From: Lytechinus pictus
Lineage: Eukaryota
Length of the DNA: 64,000 nucleotides
Reading direction: 5' to 3'
Assembly (NCBI RefSeq): GCF_037042905.1
Contig: NC_087245.1
Span: 40,364,001-40,428,000 of the forward strand
The translations under genes were made by a program, and so were the position numbers. Of this stretch, positions 50,801-64,000 are shown piece by piece. Under the pieces are notes generated by a model, which made no database searches, had not been told where the DNA came from, and saw nothing but the letters and a program-made list of their open reading frames with translations. Numbering within the stretch: position 1 is the first letter of the stretch; every line of letters begins with the position of its first letter.

Positions 50801-53800
50801 TTGTGGAAAATTGCATTTAAAGTTGATCTCAGCAGCAATAAAAAACCACGTAGCTGCAATTCATCAATGATCACTTAAACATCGCGAATTTCATGTTAAA
50901 ACTGAAGGGAAAATATAAATGAGTTTTTAGAAGCGTGACTTGTCCGCTGCGTGCTGAAAACGGTCAATGATTCGAACGACTCTTCCATGACTGCACACCG
51001 TTTAACTTTCCCGCCTCCCCTGCTGATTTGCATACTTGAAATGCAAAGCACGTAACCAACAATAGGAAACGTCATTATTTCCTAATTCGCTATAGCTCAA
51101 CCGGAAATAATTTTTTTCCTATTGAGCCTCTTTCTTTTTAAAAGAAACATATATACTATATTATGAATAAATTAGAATTATATTACCTTGAGAGGCATCG
51201 TACTTCAGCTGCAGGGACAAGACATTTTCTCTGCTCTCTCTAAGTCAAGACTGAAGAACGGGTATGGTTTATATAGGGTATCAATATTGATAGTTTTTCA
51301 TTTTATGATTAATCTAGATCTTCATTAAAACAAAAAACAAGTTATCAAAGCAATGATCAATACTGGAATGATATGCTGAGATCAACTTTAAAACCATATT
51401 ACAATGATTTGCATAAAATTCATATACCCAAATTCAATGACACAAACATCTTATCTTCAAGAGATTCTTTGATATATCTGTCTTGAAAAGAATCTGATGC
51501 CCATATGCCGTGCCTTTTAAATAAGCGATCTGGTACTCCGATTTGGGCTGCTGCCGTAGCACCCCCCGCGCCCTCAGGCTATGCAACCCAAACTGTTTCG
51601 AGTTTACCCCGATAGCTTCCAGAACTTCTTTGAAATTCTCCCTTCATCTCGAATAGGACATCTTTCCTTTTCTGAGTTTGTAACAATTCTGAGATGTACA
51701 AAAAGTGAGAGGCCTGAACACAAAATCATTTTCATCTATAGATACAGATTGTGTATACTCTCTAAATATATGCGCATCATATTTACTGGACATGTTGCTT
51801 TTCCAGTGGTAGAAACGATTACCCAGGCTCCTCTCGAAATTCGTCAGTCTTACTTTTCTCAGTATATTTTGACTCCCCTCCTCGAAAGGGTGCGACAACC
51901 CCAGCTCCATCCCCGCTCCGCGAACGCAGACGATCGTAACAAGCCTATTCAAACCACTTTGTCATACAAATAAAATGCTTCTCAAACATGAGACAAATTT
52001 TCTTCATCAGGATTTTAAGATACATCATCTTCAGAGATTGTATATCCTTCTTAATCCTAAACAGGGGAATTTAACTTTAATATTTCCCAACCCTATTAGC
52101 CCGGGATGAAGAAACAAAGATGAAGCGCAAAAACTCTGAAAACACTGGGCTATTACAAATGTCGTGATCAGGTATAAAACAATAATTGATTCTTGGCAAT
52201 TATTTATCAACTCTGGTAACCAATTTGTCTTAAAAAAAGACTTGCTAGTAATAATGCAGTGGAAGGCTAAATGGTTCTCGGCGTTCTCTATGCCCAACTC
52301 AAGAATTTATACCTTTTCATAATTATACAAATAACCCTATACGTCATATCAAAATTATCCAACGTTATTACGACCGCTATACGCTTGCCTGACTTATTCC
52401 TACGTTGCCGTATAAACAAGATTTACCAGTTGTACTCCGCAACGCTTCTTTATACCTGATCACGCTGTCGTGATCAGGTAAAAAGTAAGTTAAATAATGG
52501 ATTCATGGCAATTATTTATCAACTCTGGTAACCAATTTGTCTTTAAAAAAAGAGATGGTTCTCGGCGTTCTCTATGCCCAATTCAAGAATCTTCATAATT
52601 TCACATACAAATAACCCCATACGTCATATTAAAATTATCCAACGTTATTACGACCGCTACGCTTGTCTGACGTATTCCTACGTTGCCGTATAAACAAGAT
52701 TTACCAGCTATACTCCGTAACGCTGGAAAATAAATTCATGTGACTTGTGTGTAATTTGTGTTTTGTCTCATGTGGATGCGATGCTGTGATGTACAAGGAT
52801 TTTTATGACATGTGAAGGTTCCTTATCGATTTTTTTTTCTTTTTTTTTTTACAACAGGTCCTCTTGTACGCATCTTGGCCAAATGGATTAACCCTAGAGC
52901 ACTTTGCATTATGGGTAGTATGGGATCAAGTGCAGCAATCGCCGCTTCAGCTTATGTGGATCAAACCGTCTTGTTTGGCGTTGCCATGTTCATGACGGGT
53001 AGGTGTTAGGAGTGTGAAGGTGTAGGGGCGAACAAATAAATGAATATATACCAAATTTTATACATAATTAATGTATAATTGACTTTGAGAGAATTATACA
53101 TTCGGGAAGAAAAGTTAGATGTAAATGGGCAGGAGATTCGATTAGCAGTGAGTTGTCTTTAATATGGACTTTTGGGGGGTGATTCCCTTTCCTGTTTTTT
53201 TTAATGTTTTAACAGTGGAAATAAGATTGGTGTAAAATGATCAGATACCATTATAAACTTTTGAACATTTTTAGATACCAACTTCGTCTGTGATATGCCC
53301 ATACTTTACTTTGATATGGCCTAACTCTGCATGATAGAAACACTTTTCTGCCAAAACGAGTAGGCCTATCGTGACGTCTATCTGGCTGTCAAATCCGATA
53401 TAAATCTCAATAAGTGTGACCTTACAATAATGACATCATAATTGGTGTTTGTTTCATCTTTACAGAAAATGATTATGCTAGTGGCCCAAACATCATCTTA
53501 ATGTTAATAAATTACGAATAGAAATAAATCTGATCATCTGGACTTACATCATAATTTCACACCATTCCTTATTACTTTTCAGGACTGTTTAGTGCCCCAA
53601 TAAATCAGATATCATACGAAGTCCTCCATCAATATTTTGGAGAGAGGTTCGGCTTTGTGAATTCTATATGCCTCCTGGGATCTTTGGTGGGCGGTATGGC
53701 CTTTCCAGTTCTCACCTTCAAACTACTGGACGCATATGGACTTGAGGGCGCCCTTGTATGTCTTGCAGCTGTTTATCTACATTGCGTTCCTATTGCGATT

Positions 53801-56677
53801 ACCTTCAGATCGCCACATGCGTCGAGAACTGGATATCACCAAGCGTCCTCATGCGAAGATATACCAAGTGATGTTGGAATAGCGGCTGACCTCTCCGATG
53901 AACAAGGATCAACTTTTCAACCTGGTGATTTTGAAACAACGGAGCAAAACCCTTTAACAGTTCATCAACGAGAACAGACTGTCACATCAAGAATCGTAGA
54001 CTTCTTCCTGGTTACTTTAAATTTCAGAGTCCTTGTCCAAGAAAAGGCATTTTGTTTGTTATTCTTGCCGTGTAAGTTCATTGTACAGGCCCTCATGGTC
54101 AGTTGGACACTCTTCGTGGTGTCGTATGCAGTCACGAAAGGCCTTGATGAATCCTTGGCGGCCTATCTACCACTTACTGGTGCCCTCGGTGGTTTCATCA
54201 ACCAAACGGTCGTCACCTTCATCCTGCATTTTCGACCACACTGGGGCGCGATGATATTTACCATAAACATGGCATCTGCAGCTGTAGCCTTCTTCTTCTA
54301 TCAACTCAATGCATCCTTCATCAACTTTTTAGTCTGCTCGTTTTTTGCCGGAGGTTGCGTCTTCGGATCCTTTCCAGCCACGTACTCTGTTCTGCTCTTT
54401 TATGTCGCGACAGAAAACTTTGCAAGCATTCTTTCTATCAAGCTTTTTGTGACAGGAGCCGCAGTGGTTTCATCCGGTTACATGTCAGGTATATGTCTTC
54501 TCCTTTTCTCGATCACCAAACTTAAACCAAAAAAATCTGAAAATTATTACACAACAGTTAAGGGGTAATGAGTTCAATGTGTTTTAGTGAGAAACAGACT
54601 GGGACATAACTATGTAATGACATCTTCATTAATATACAAAAATAATGTCAACTGAGCTACAGTCGCTCATCATAAATAAAATTTGGAATCTTAGCTCAAG
54701 ACGTACACTGTGTCTAAAAATACTGTATTAATATCGATTTCTTAAAATCATGACAATTAATATTCACCTTTCATCCTTCGCAGATGAAAGCATAATCAAC
54801 TAACACATCAGTTTCAGGGGATAGTTTCCCAGTCGTACTAATTATGATATGAGTAAGAAAAAGTGCTTGATTTACTGCGAAATCCGAAAAAGGCAGTAAA
54901 CAAGCCTGTGCTTTGGATTGTACTCATAAGATTGAACCCAGAAAAAGAACTATATGTAAGAGAACCCACTGAATCCACTCAAATTCAATTGCATACTGTA
55001 TCATTTCATCTTGTGGGCGCCTCGTGGTCTAGTGGTTCTGACTTTCGTCTTTCAAACAGAGGGTCGTGGGTTCGAATCCTAGCCATGGCGTGGTTTCTTT
55101 CCTTCAGCAGGAAATTTATTCACACTGTGGAATGTGCTGCACTCGACCCAAGTGAGGTGAATTGGTATACGCGCCAGGATTTATTCCTTGAATGCACTGA
55201 GCGCCGGTAATGGTAGCCCGCGCTAAAGCTGGGGTAGTAATAGGAGCCAGTGGCGTACCGTGGGTCACGGCATTGGGGGGGCACCAGCAAAAAAATTGAG
55301 TAACTTAGTGAGCGCGCGAAGCGCGCCCAGTTGCCAGGTATACTGACCTAATAGAAAAAATTTTAAGGACAGTGCCATTAAACGGATATGTATCTCACTG
55401 GTCACATAATGCGAGCGCGAAGCGCAAGCTTACAATTTTTGATATTCAGACCTAAAAAGGGACATTATAATCAATCTTTTGTAATCATGATACGTACCTG
55501 TCTCGCTAAATAATGCGAGCGCGAAGCGCGAGCTGAAATTTTTGTAAATATTGACCCCAAAACAGGAAGATTTTAAGGACTATATTTTAGGAATTCATTA
55601 AGAGTATGCACATCTCATCATAGTCATCTAATGCAAAGTGCCAATTAGCGCTTGCTGATTTTGTTAGAATTACATCTAAACATGCACATAAAGCACTTGT
55701 AATCATGATTAACATACCCATCTCACTAATCAAATCTTGTGAGCGCGAAGCGCGAGCTGAAAATTTAGGAAATTCAGACCTGAAGAGGGGCATTTTAAGG
55801 CTTGTTTGTAGGAATTCACGAAGACCATACGTAGTTCACTAACCAAGTGATGCGAGCGCGAAGCGCGAGCTGAAAATTTTTGATATTCAGATCAGAAAAA
55901 GGGACATCTTAAGGACTGATTCTAGGAATTCATGGAGAGCAGACATATTTCACCAATTCACTACTGCGAAAGTAAGCACGGACAGGAAATGTTTTATATT
56001 AAGACCTTAATATGGGGCAATCACTTTAAGTAGTCATGAAAAAGAAGCATACTATTGTACAAAAAAACTATGATAACTCGAAGTGCGAGGAAATATATTT
56101 GGCAGTTTGGTGTATATTGACTTGAAAACGGGAGGTTTTAGTATAACAGGATTATATATCTCGATAAACAGACAATGCGAGCACCAGGAACAATGACGAC
56201 ATAGGCCCTGAGCAAATTATACTTCATAAAGTTATGAAAAAAATGTTTCTTATGTAATATAACATAACATAATTATGATATAATATAACATTAGAATGAA
56301 CAATAATGTCTTCTTTTCCACTACGTTTCTCTTCCTTTCTTCCTCTTTTTCTCCTTTTCCCCGTTTTTTTTTTTTTTTTTTTTTGTCAGCCGATTGGGGG
56401 GCACGTGCCCCCCCACGCCCCCCCCCCCCGTAGTTACGCCACTGATAGCAGCGCTTTGTATACTTAGGTAAAAAGCGCTATATAAAACCATTTATTATTA
56501 TTATTATTAATATTATCATTATTATCTCTTTGCTCTTTGGTCAATGTAGGAAGTATTTACGATGTCACTGGATCGTTCGACGATGCCTTCATGATTCTTG
56601 GAGCTATGAGCGCCGCGGCAGCCTTCCTTTCTGTTGTTCTGATGCTAGTAAAGAAAGTACGAGGAGAAGCTGATTGA
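47836..56677 (+). CDS. SLC16 / monocarboxylate-transporter-like MFS protein (475 aa, 4 exons)
   Basis: Exons 47836-48088, 52858-52998, 53583-54488, 56550-56677; GT-AG, phase-consistent, 1428 nt. About 12 hydrophobic segments in 6+6 layout with a central hydrophilic loop; SLC16-like motifs GRWRYVV, GLLKAFGV, QYFGERF, LLDAYGLEGAL, GSIYDVTGSFDDAF. Confidence 0.85.
48319..48732. mobile_element. TTAA-flanked MITE with ~39-bp TIR in transporter intron 1
   Basis: TTAA|GGCGACCGCACACCTTACGACTGGTCTGCGACCCGATTT ... AAATCGGGTCGCAGACCAGTCGTAAGGTGTGCGGTGGCC|TTAA. Confidence 0.88.
49208..50385 (-). mobile_element. Decayed, 5'-truncated CR1/L2-group LINE (RT YADD region to ORF2 end)
   Basis: IYADDVIIF...NDWYKPNHLKINVDKTKCM...IRYLGVLIHENLKWDIHV (50385-50010), then PCIDYGLPIWG, KRAARYITG, HNYHTR, GAKRWNDIP...FK in shifted frames (~49710-49208); split by a ~290-bp unrelated insert at ~49710-50000. 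Confidence 0.88.
50821..51387. mobile_element. TTAA-flanked Kolobok-like MITE, third family
   Basis: TTAA|AGTTGATCTCAGCA ... TGCTGAGATCAACT|TTAA; its internal segment ~51074-51241 is also present at ~50460-50610. Confidence 0.75.
52160..52723. repeat. Tandem duplication of ~260-300 bp
   Basis: TGTCGTGATCAGGTA..GGCAATTATTTATCAACTCTGGTAACCAATTTGTCTT..ATGGTTCTCGGCGTTCTCTATGCCCAA..TTCCTACGTTGCCGTATAAACAAGATTTACCAG occurs at ~52160-52446 and ~52466-52723. Confidence 0.88.
55015..56510 (+). mobile_element. tRNA-derived SINE split by a hAT-like insertion
   Basis: Head GGGCGCCTCGTGGTCTAGTGG (A box)..GGTTCGAATCC (B box), body to 55247; tail AGCGCTTT..AAAAGCGCTATATAAA(TTA)n resumes at 56445. Head related to the SINE at 8493-8847. 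Confidence 0.85.
55248..56444 (+). mobile_element. Non-autonomous hAT-like element with GCGCGAAGCGC-unit array
   Basis: TIR CAGTGGCGTA / TACGCCACTG; 8-bp TSD ATAGGAGC / ATAGCAGC (1 mismatch); motif copies at ~55309, 55411, 55515, 55738, 55852. Confidence 0.88.
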
Positions 56678-59600
56678 ACCAGGGCCAAGCCTTTAATACA
56701 AAGATTAACGATTATCGGAACAATTATGGAAAGCCAGCAACGCCCAAATCTAAAATGCATATACATGTATTTGTTCAAAATGATTTCTAGATATGTACTG
56801 ATACATTCGTCGTTGTCTTGACAATTTGGTGTGCTTCCTCTTTGTTTAAAAAAAAAACATTCTGCAAATTTTCTGTAGGAAAAATATTGAAAATGATGGA
56901 TTTCTATATATAGTTGAGATTAATTGGATCTATCACAACTGCTTGTAAGATGGAACATAGAGAGTGTTCTACATGATCGTTCCAACAACGACGCTGTCGA
57001 CCTGCTTAGACGACATGAAATAATGGTTAGCTTTGTTCGTCATCATCTTCATCATTGTCATCGTCATCCGTTTGCTCGACAAACTCAACCGAACTCGTTT
57101 ATTCAAGCTGTCATGTTCCAATTAGGTGTTTATGACGTGATTTTTTTTCTTTTCCGTAGAATATGTAACGTTTTAATAAAGTAATCATTATCTACGAGAT
57201 TCTATTTTTTTTCTATTTATTTGTCCTCCGAAATTATGGATTTGTACAATATTTCATGAATATCTGCTTTTTCAATGTTTCTTTTATGCAAAAACAACAA
57301 CTTAATATCCTATTATCATTTATTAATTATTGGTTTATAATGAATTGATTAGCATAGTGCTGACTCCTCGGTTGTCTTCCCAAACAAATTATATCTACCG
57401 TGATCTCCCACTTATGACCGTTAATTGTTCATGTTTTCAAATTCTGCTCAGTATAAAATAAACGAGAAATGAAGTAGAATCTACAAAAAATTGATAGGAT
57501 CATGAGTGCCAGTGAGTTTTATGGATATAATTATGTGTTTATATATTATATGAGAGTGTGTGTGTGGGAGCGTGTTGTGTATATTTACTTTATTTTTATT
57601 ATTATTATTATTATTATTTTTTTTTTTTTTTGGGGGGGGGTAACCAGGGAAAGGTACAATAACAATCGTAATCATCAGATAACAAGAAATAAGCAAAATA
57701 ACAACAGAAAAAACACTTATATTACGGTAGGCCCATATGCCTTTGTTCATGCATGGCTCTTTATTGGTCAGAGATAAAATGATGCAATCTTTGATGAACG
57801 TCGATCCTGGTCAAGTCTTTGCTGTATTATTATTGGTGGATATTCGATTTGTTTCCCTAAGAAACCAATCTCCATTTTAATTTTTCAAAGTGGCGGCATG
57901 TGTGTAACCTTCTGAAACTTATTATGGTTTCAAGGAGCCGCTTTCTTCTTTATTTTCCATCGTGAATCCTCTGCTTTTGACAATTCTGTTAATGTGAGGT
58001 ATGTGATTCTCTTCTGTGACACGATGGATAGATCCCATTGATAAAATTCCGATTAATTCACGAGCTTCCATTGATCTCGTGCCAGTGATTCACCGATTGA
58101 GTGACTTCATAATGTTGAAATTGCATGTGGCTCCAATTGTTCATTTTTGACAAGTTTAAATGTCACGTGTGCTCCTCCTTGACATCCGGTTTATGCTCAT
58201 GTTTCCTAAGCTTTCTGTACCAGTATTGAACCAGTGGTGAACCAGTTGTGTATCAATTATATTACAATTTGTAGAATTGTACAAGTTATTAGCCTTAAAG
58301 AGGGTGGATAGTTTTGGTAATTCCTCAAAATCGGCATGTCACCATTCTAATTAATTTGTATATTATATGAATGTGTATGTCCTAAAACAGTCATGATGTG
58401 GATGATATGAAATGAAAAGGTGTTTTTCATGATAAATTATGCTCTTACATGTGTGGATTTTACCTTGTCGGGATACCCAGGTTTTTGAAACGTAGCTGCA
58501 TGCAGACAATCAAAGTGCGCACCACCGCCTCTGCCGTGCGTGTGCTACGCGAGAACGATAATGTAGTCCTCGCTACACAATTGCGTTGTCAATCAGTTTT
58601 ACCATAGAGCTATTACAGCTCTATGGTTTTACGAAGCTCATAGTCGTAGATACATTGCCGTTTCCAGACTTTCCTTGCATGATTGCATCACATTACAACG
58701 AACGGCAGAGCAGACTTTAGATCTAAACAGCCTTGATCGATATTAGGAGTACGTACCTCATTCCTACCTTCCTTGAAGTTTGAACTTGCCCTTGGCTGGG
58801 GGCCGCTTGCATATAACAAACCTCGACCGTCCCATCTTTCCCATTAAAAAAATGCAACCACGATATTAGCTGTTGCAAATAAGTATCTGCTCTCTGATTG
58901 CTAATATAACACTGGAACAATTTATAAATCAGAATGAATATAACGTACAGCACAGAATTAGAATTGGAAAAACTTCTTTTTTTGGTTCTTCTCCGACTTC
59001 CCGCGTATTAGCCTCAACTCATGTTGTTTCAGATTGACAAAAAGTTTTATTTTACGATTCTAATGATTCAAAAGAAAAGAAAGGAAAATGAAACCAACAG
59101 AAATAACCCTTACATTCAAAGAAAATTCCAAGATTGTGCATCCTGTTTATGTTTTGGAAATGCATTGATTTAATTCTCACTAAAATGATATATAAACAGT
59201 CTTTGGGTTAATTGTGTCTGAATTCGTAGACTAGTACAGTGTGCACGTTGGATGTATGTTCTGTGTATGCAGCAGGACTGGCCGGGAATTTCATTCACTT
59301 GTGCGTGGGTGTACGGTATGAGTGTGTGTGTTTGTGTTGAATAGTGCGTGTGGAGACGTTACGTAATAAGGTCAACAGATACATTGCATGCAATGATCTT
59401 GTATACCGGGCCTCCTAAAGGTCATGAAGAGTTCAGTTCACTGGTCATGTACATGGAGAGATCCTGCGTGTCCCGAGATTATTTGATTCAATCGAAACCA
59501 TGGGCCTAGTATACAGCTCAGCATGCCGAGTTTCAGAAAACTGGCTATCCTATGGAATAAGTAATTTATTGGATAAAGTTCTGTAAATAATGTTATTCAG

Positions 59601-59866
59601 TTTGATCGTATATCTTTCCATAATATGGCCATTTCACATGGTAATAACCACTATCTCACTAACTAAATAGGCCTACCAAAAGAACAATAAAAATAATAAT
59701 GTGGGTCGGGTGTAACGTCGATATAGGGCCTCGATATCATTTTATATATTTCCCCATAATTTTATTTTTTTCCTGAATATGTGGAATAACCGCTGAGGAT
59801 TATATCTATGGTTCAGTCAAGTTGGTCCTTATTTTCAAATCTCTAATTGAAATATAATTCAAACAA

Positions 59867-61292
59867 GCCAGGGGGGCGGTGGGGGCGGTCGCCTCCCCCC
59901 CCAAAAAAAAAAACGTCCCCAAAAAGAAAAAAAAGAGAAAAAAGAGAGGAGAAAAGGAAAAGGGAAGGGAGGAAAGGGAAGAAAGGTAGCTTTGAGTTTT
60001 TTTTTTCTTTTTATTCTTTTTTTTTCTCAAAAGAGAAACTCCTTCACTCTTGCTTTAGATTTATATATGAATTTTGCTTCCGCGCTGCGCGCGGTTAAAT
60101 GACAATATTGAAGATCTCCATTGTTCCCCCCACCCTTTCTCTAACCCTGTTTTTCCACCTCAGCTATATATGTGTTTCTTGCCGGGTAAAGTTCAAATGT
60201 ATACATTAGGGCATGGTTAGGCCGAAGTATATGAAGTTATCTTTTTTTTTAATTGATCGCGCAACTTCTGGTCGGGTCGGCTCCGGTTGGGTGAAATCTT
60301 TATATCAATTTCTGCCGTCACCTCCATAAAGTCAACTTCTCCCGCTTTTCAGCTCATTACTAAACAACCATAATTTTTGGGGCAAACAGGTTCCTAATTT
60401 AAAAAGAGGAAGGTATAAAATTCGTATCTTATTGAATAAAAAAGTACAATATTTTTTATCAAATTCTATTAAACTTCATGTCATTTCCCTGCACATTCAT
60501 CTCCTGTCCTGTTTTGCGCCCTCAGTTTGAAATTTTGAATGACACCAAAGTTTCTTTATAATTCAAAATGAAGCGCTTCAGGATAAGTCAAAGAAATTAG
60601 GTATCCTTTTTATATAGTTTCAATAAATCACAGAAGTTTCAACTTTTTGCGCACTATTTTCCTTGTAATGAAGTTCAATAATCTTAGAAAATTAATTGAA
60701 TTAGAGCCGATCGGGTATTGGAGATATCTGCATTTGATGAAACGTCTGCCCTTTGAAATTTCAGAGTTTCGTTGTTCTGCGCGGGGAGGAATATCTTCCT
60801 CCCGGCATATACACTTCTTCTCCTCTGTTTTGCGAGTTAAAGATATGCACTGTCGCTAAATTGTTTGTAATCAAATCTGATCTTTCCAAGGGAAGTATCC
60901 AATATGTGTTTGAGAATACCGTTTTCTCGGGACCCTTTTCATGGCAAAAAATTGATAAAACGCTTTAGTTTCCGCGCTTCGCGCGGGGTTATTATCATTT
61001 TAATTTCCTCAATTGTATTCCTTTTTTGTGCGTTCACAATCTTTTTTGAAAACAATGTTCAAAATCACAATATAGTCAACTGAATTGGAGCTGATATATA
61101 GGTACTAAAGACAAGAGAGATGGCTCCTTTTCATTTTAATTTATGAAACAGCAAAAGCTTCGCAAGGGAGGGGGAAACTCCCCCTCCCTGCACCCACCCC
61201 CTAGGGAGCGCGCTTCGCGCGCTCTGTAAGTGTTGGCACGCTTCGCGTGCATTTACCGCCCCCTCCAAAATGAAATCCTGGCTACGCGGTTG
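59867..61292 (-). mobile_element. hAT-like element with GCGCTTCGCGC motifs, inserted in a Kolobok-like MITE
   Basis: Left end truncated (GCCAGGGGGG), right end CCTGGCTACGCGGTTG; Kolobok-like sequence at ~59805-59866 resumes at 61293 and ends GGGGTGGACTTGACCT|TTAA at ~61512. Confidence 0.65.
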
Positions 61293-62501
61293 GTAGTGAT
61301 CGAGGGACATCATCAACTCTCATTTGCATAATACTGAGTTGTGCATATAACTATTTTGTGAAAAATATAGGCTATGTGAAATTTGGAAATGCCATACTGA
61401 TTTACTCATTTTTACATCCAATTTTGATGAATTTTTCAAAATTATGCTTGTTGGATTTTTTTCTATTGATTCAAATCAACATTTTTTTTTCTGGGGTGGA
61501 CTTGACCTTTAATTAAACATTGAACTGTGGGAGAGATGCAAAAAAAATGGCAGGGACAATGATTTACAAGCCAAGCACTGATCGATTTTCAAGTCATTAT
61601 CAGAAAAAGGAGGTGAAAGAACGGGAAGGGGAAAAAATGCAATGAAAGAAAGAAATTATATAGAGAAAGAAAGAACGTAGGGGAGGGGGGTTGGGTGGGG
61701 ATCGAGCTGCATGGGAACGAGTCGTTGGGAATTTGTCTAGTCTGACTAACTTTATTATTGCAATTCTTTGTTTCTAACTTGACAACCAAACGATACACGT
61801 CCCTCATGAATAACCGGATATATATTGTCACTCGGACTGTTATGAGTGAGAGAAAAGCAAAAAAACCCAAAACAAACATGTTGCGATATCGGCCTAAATT
61901 AATTGCATCATAATTCATAGTGCATTGAAGTAATATTATTTCTTCACGCACACTTTCTTGTGAAAATGCCTATTTGTTCAACTGCATGGCCTATCCCTTC
62001 CCCAATAGGCCTACCCCCCCCCCCCCCAACCTCACCAATCGCATAGGGTGGACAAAATAATACTGCACGAGCAAGTAAATGTACGAAAATTGCCATTATA
62101 AAATATGGGCCCGTCTGTTTTGCTGTTTCCACCAATTTTTATTTCAAAATCCAAAATGATACATTTTCTTTTGTTCCACGTTCCAATAAATAAAAAATCT
62201 TACTTGACATCTAACACGAAACGAGTGACCATTTTTGAACTTTCTTCACAACGTAAAATTTTATAAGAATCTTTTTACTATAATTGGCGACCTTGCCTGA
62301 CACAGTCCAATTCGATATTGCCATAAACTGTATAAATCGCTCTTGTACCATGATTGGTATACCCTGGCCAAATGGCACTGGATGCATGATCAGTTTCAAG
62401 TTTCCAATTTGCACCTTTCTAATGAGTCTGAGCAGAAACACAAGTAAAGAACTGTATATAGCTCCTTTATAGAGGCATATTTACAAATGATATGTTGGGT
62501 A

Positions 62502-64000
62502 CAGGGGCGGATCCAGCTTCGCTGATATGGGGGGGGGGATTTTTCAGTCACATTTTCCACAATCGGCCGCTCGAAGTTGATTTATGTATGTTTATTTGAA
62601 GGGGTAGTCCATTAGCTGTATTCCTATAAATCAACATAAATATTTAATAATCTCATAAGCCTTATATAAATAGTTCGAGCGCGAAGCGCGAGCTAATTTT
62701 GTATTTGAAATTTTAACATTCTGGGCAATGTTTTGTGAGCCTGAACGAATCGTGTATATATGCAACTAAATAATTACTGCGAAGCGTGAACAGAAATTTT
62801 AAATATACGTTTTGATCTGATCGAAAAGGAACCATGCACCTGTCAAGGACGTCTTGCAGTTAGCCATGAATGCGTTGCATATTTCAACAATCAAATAGAA
62901 GTACATTTTTACCTAAAGAAGGGAAATTCTAAGCTTTTTTGTAAACGTAAACAGGATATGTATATCACTGAACTATTGATGCGAGGGCGAAGCGCGAGCG
63001 TAAAAAAAAGAGATTTAGACTAAAACGGGACACATCATTCATGTTTTGTAAATAATGAAAAGGATGAGTAATTTGGGATCTTTCTAGATTAATAACATGA
63101 ATAATGGGAGCGCGGATCCAGGGCGAAGTTCCCGGGTCCCTCTAGGAGTGGGGAAAATAAAAAAAGGGAAAAGAGAGGAGAAAAAAATGAGGAAAAGAGG
63201 AGGAAGACAAATGAAAAAAATAAGGTGAGAAGAAGACTTGGAAAATACAAAAAAAATAAGAATCTTTCATATCACTATATGAATTTTTCGCTCGCACTTG
63301 CATGTTTGATATCGAGATACAAATAATCCTCAATGGGCTGATATGGAGCTTAAAATATCACGTTGCTTGATTTACAAATTGATTTTTTTAATGTGCAGCC
63401 GTAGTCCGTTTATGGTCTGATCGAGTATCAATGCAGCTCGCGCTACGCGCTCGCATTATTTGTCAAGTACCCAATCTCTAGTCTTCGTATTTACAATAAA
63501 TTCTCAAAATATTCTTATTCAGGTCTGATTGTCAAAACATATCAGCTCTGATTGTCAAAACCTATCAGCTAGCGCTGCGCGCTCACATTTCGATTGGTTA
63601 GTTATTTATCTCTATAACAAACTATTTAAAATCCCTTTTCATGACAATTTATTAAAAAAAAATCGGTTCGTGATTTGCGCTCGCATTAATTGTTAAAGAT
63701 ATATCAACCAATGCCTTCTATTCATAAATAGAAAAATACTTAGAATATCCAGTTTTCAGAAATTGATATTAACAAATTTCTCGCTCTTATTGGGCTTATT
63801 AGAGTAGTAAATAAGATAATAACAATAACATTTCATGAATTGCTAATAACTATATTGTCTTTTTTTATAATTGAAAGAATTTTCATCTCGCGCTTGGGGA
63901 CACTTAATAGGTAGATAATTTCTATTTTCATATGACAAAATGTCCTTAGAATGTTCCCGTCCTAGGTCAGAATAATTTCCGAAAAATATCCGCTCGAGCT
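62502..64000. mobile_element. Two adjacent GCGCGAAGCGC-array elements in opposite orientation, running off the window
   Basis: 62502 CAGGGGCGGATCCAGC with left arm homologous to 32339 (+ motifs at ~62676, ~62981); from ~63110 GCGGATCCAG, a purine tract and minus-orientation motifs (~63436, ~63568) to the end. Confidence 0.7.

Noticed and set aside
57780..58250. Possible decayed coding or retroelement sequence downstream of the transporter
   Set aside because: No sustained frame or recognisable motif on reading either strand.

Overview
AT-rich, intron-containing animal genomic DNA; the repeat landscape and gene style suggest a sea urchin or other echinoderm (inference, not verified). Four spliced genes were assembled by hand with GT-AG junctions and consistent phases: MORN2 (-, 4 exons, 147 aa); a TBCEL-like LRR+UBL tubulin cofactor (-, 10 exons, 664 aa, with a ~210-aa acidic insertion); an atypical Ser/Thr-type kinase with coiled coil and Pro-rich linker whose HRD motif reads MND (+, 10 coding exons, 572 aa); and an SLC16/MCT-like MFS transporter (+, 4 exons, 475 aa). 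Introns and intergenic DNA are full of non-autonomous DNA transposons (8-bp-TSD hAT-like, TTAA Kolobok-like, Harbinger-like, CACTG-ended, one 7-bp-TSD element), tRNA-derived SINEs and decayed LINE fragments, often nested. The best candidates for novelty are (i) the compact, apparently TE-free MND kinase locus and (ii) hAT-like elements with different TIRs that share an internal array of ~100-bp units each carrying a GCGC-GAA-GCGC mini-hairpin. No CRISPR array, rRNA or intact transposase/RT ORF was found. All family assignments are from motif recognition without database searches.
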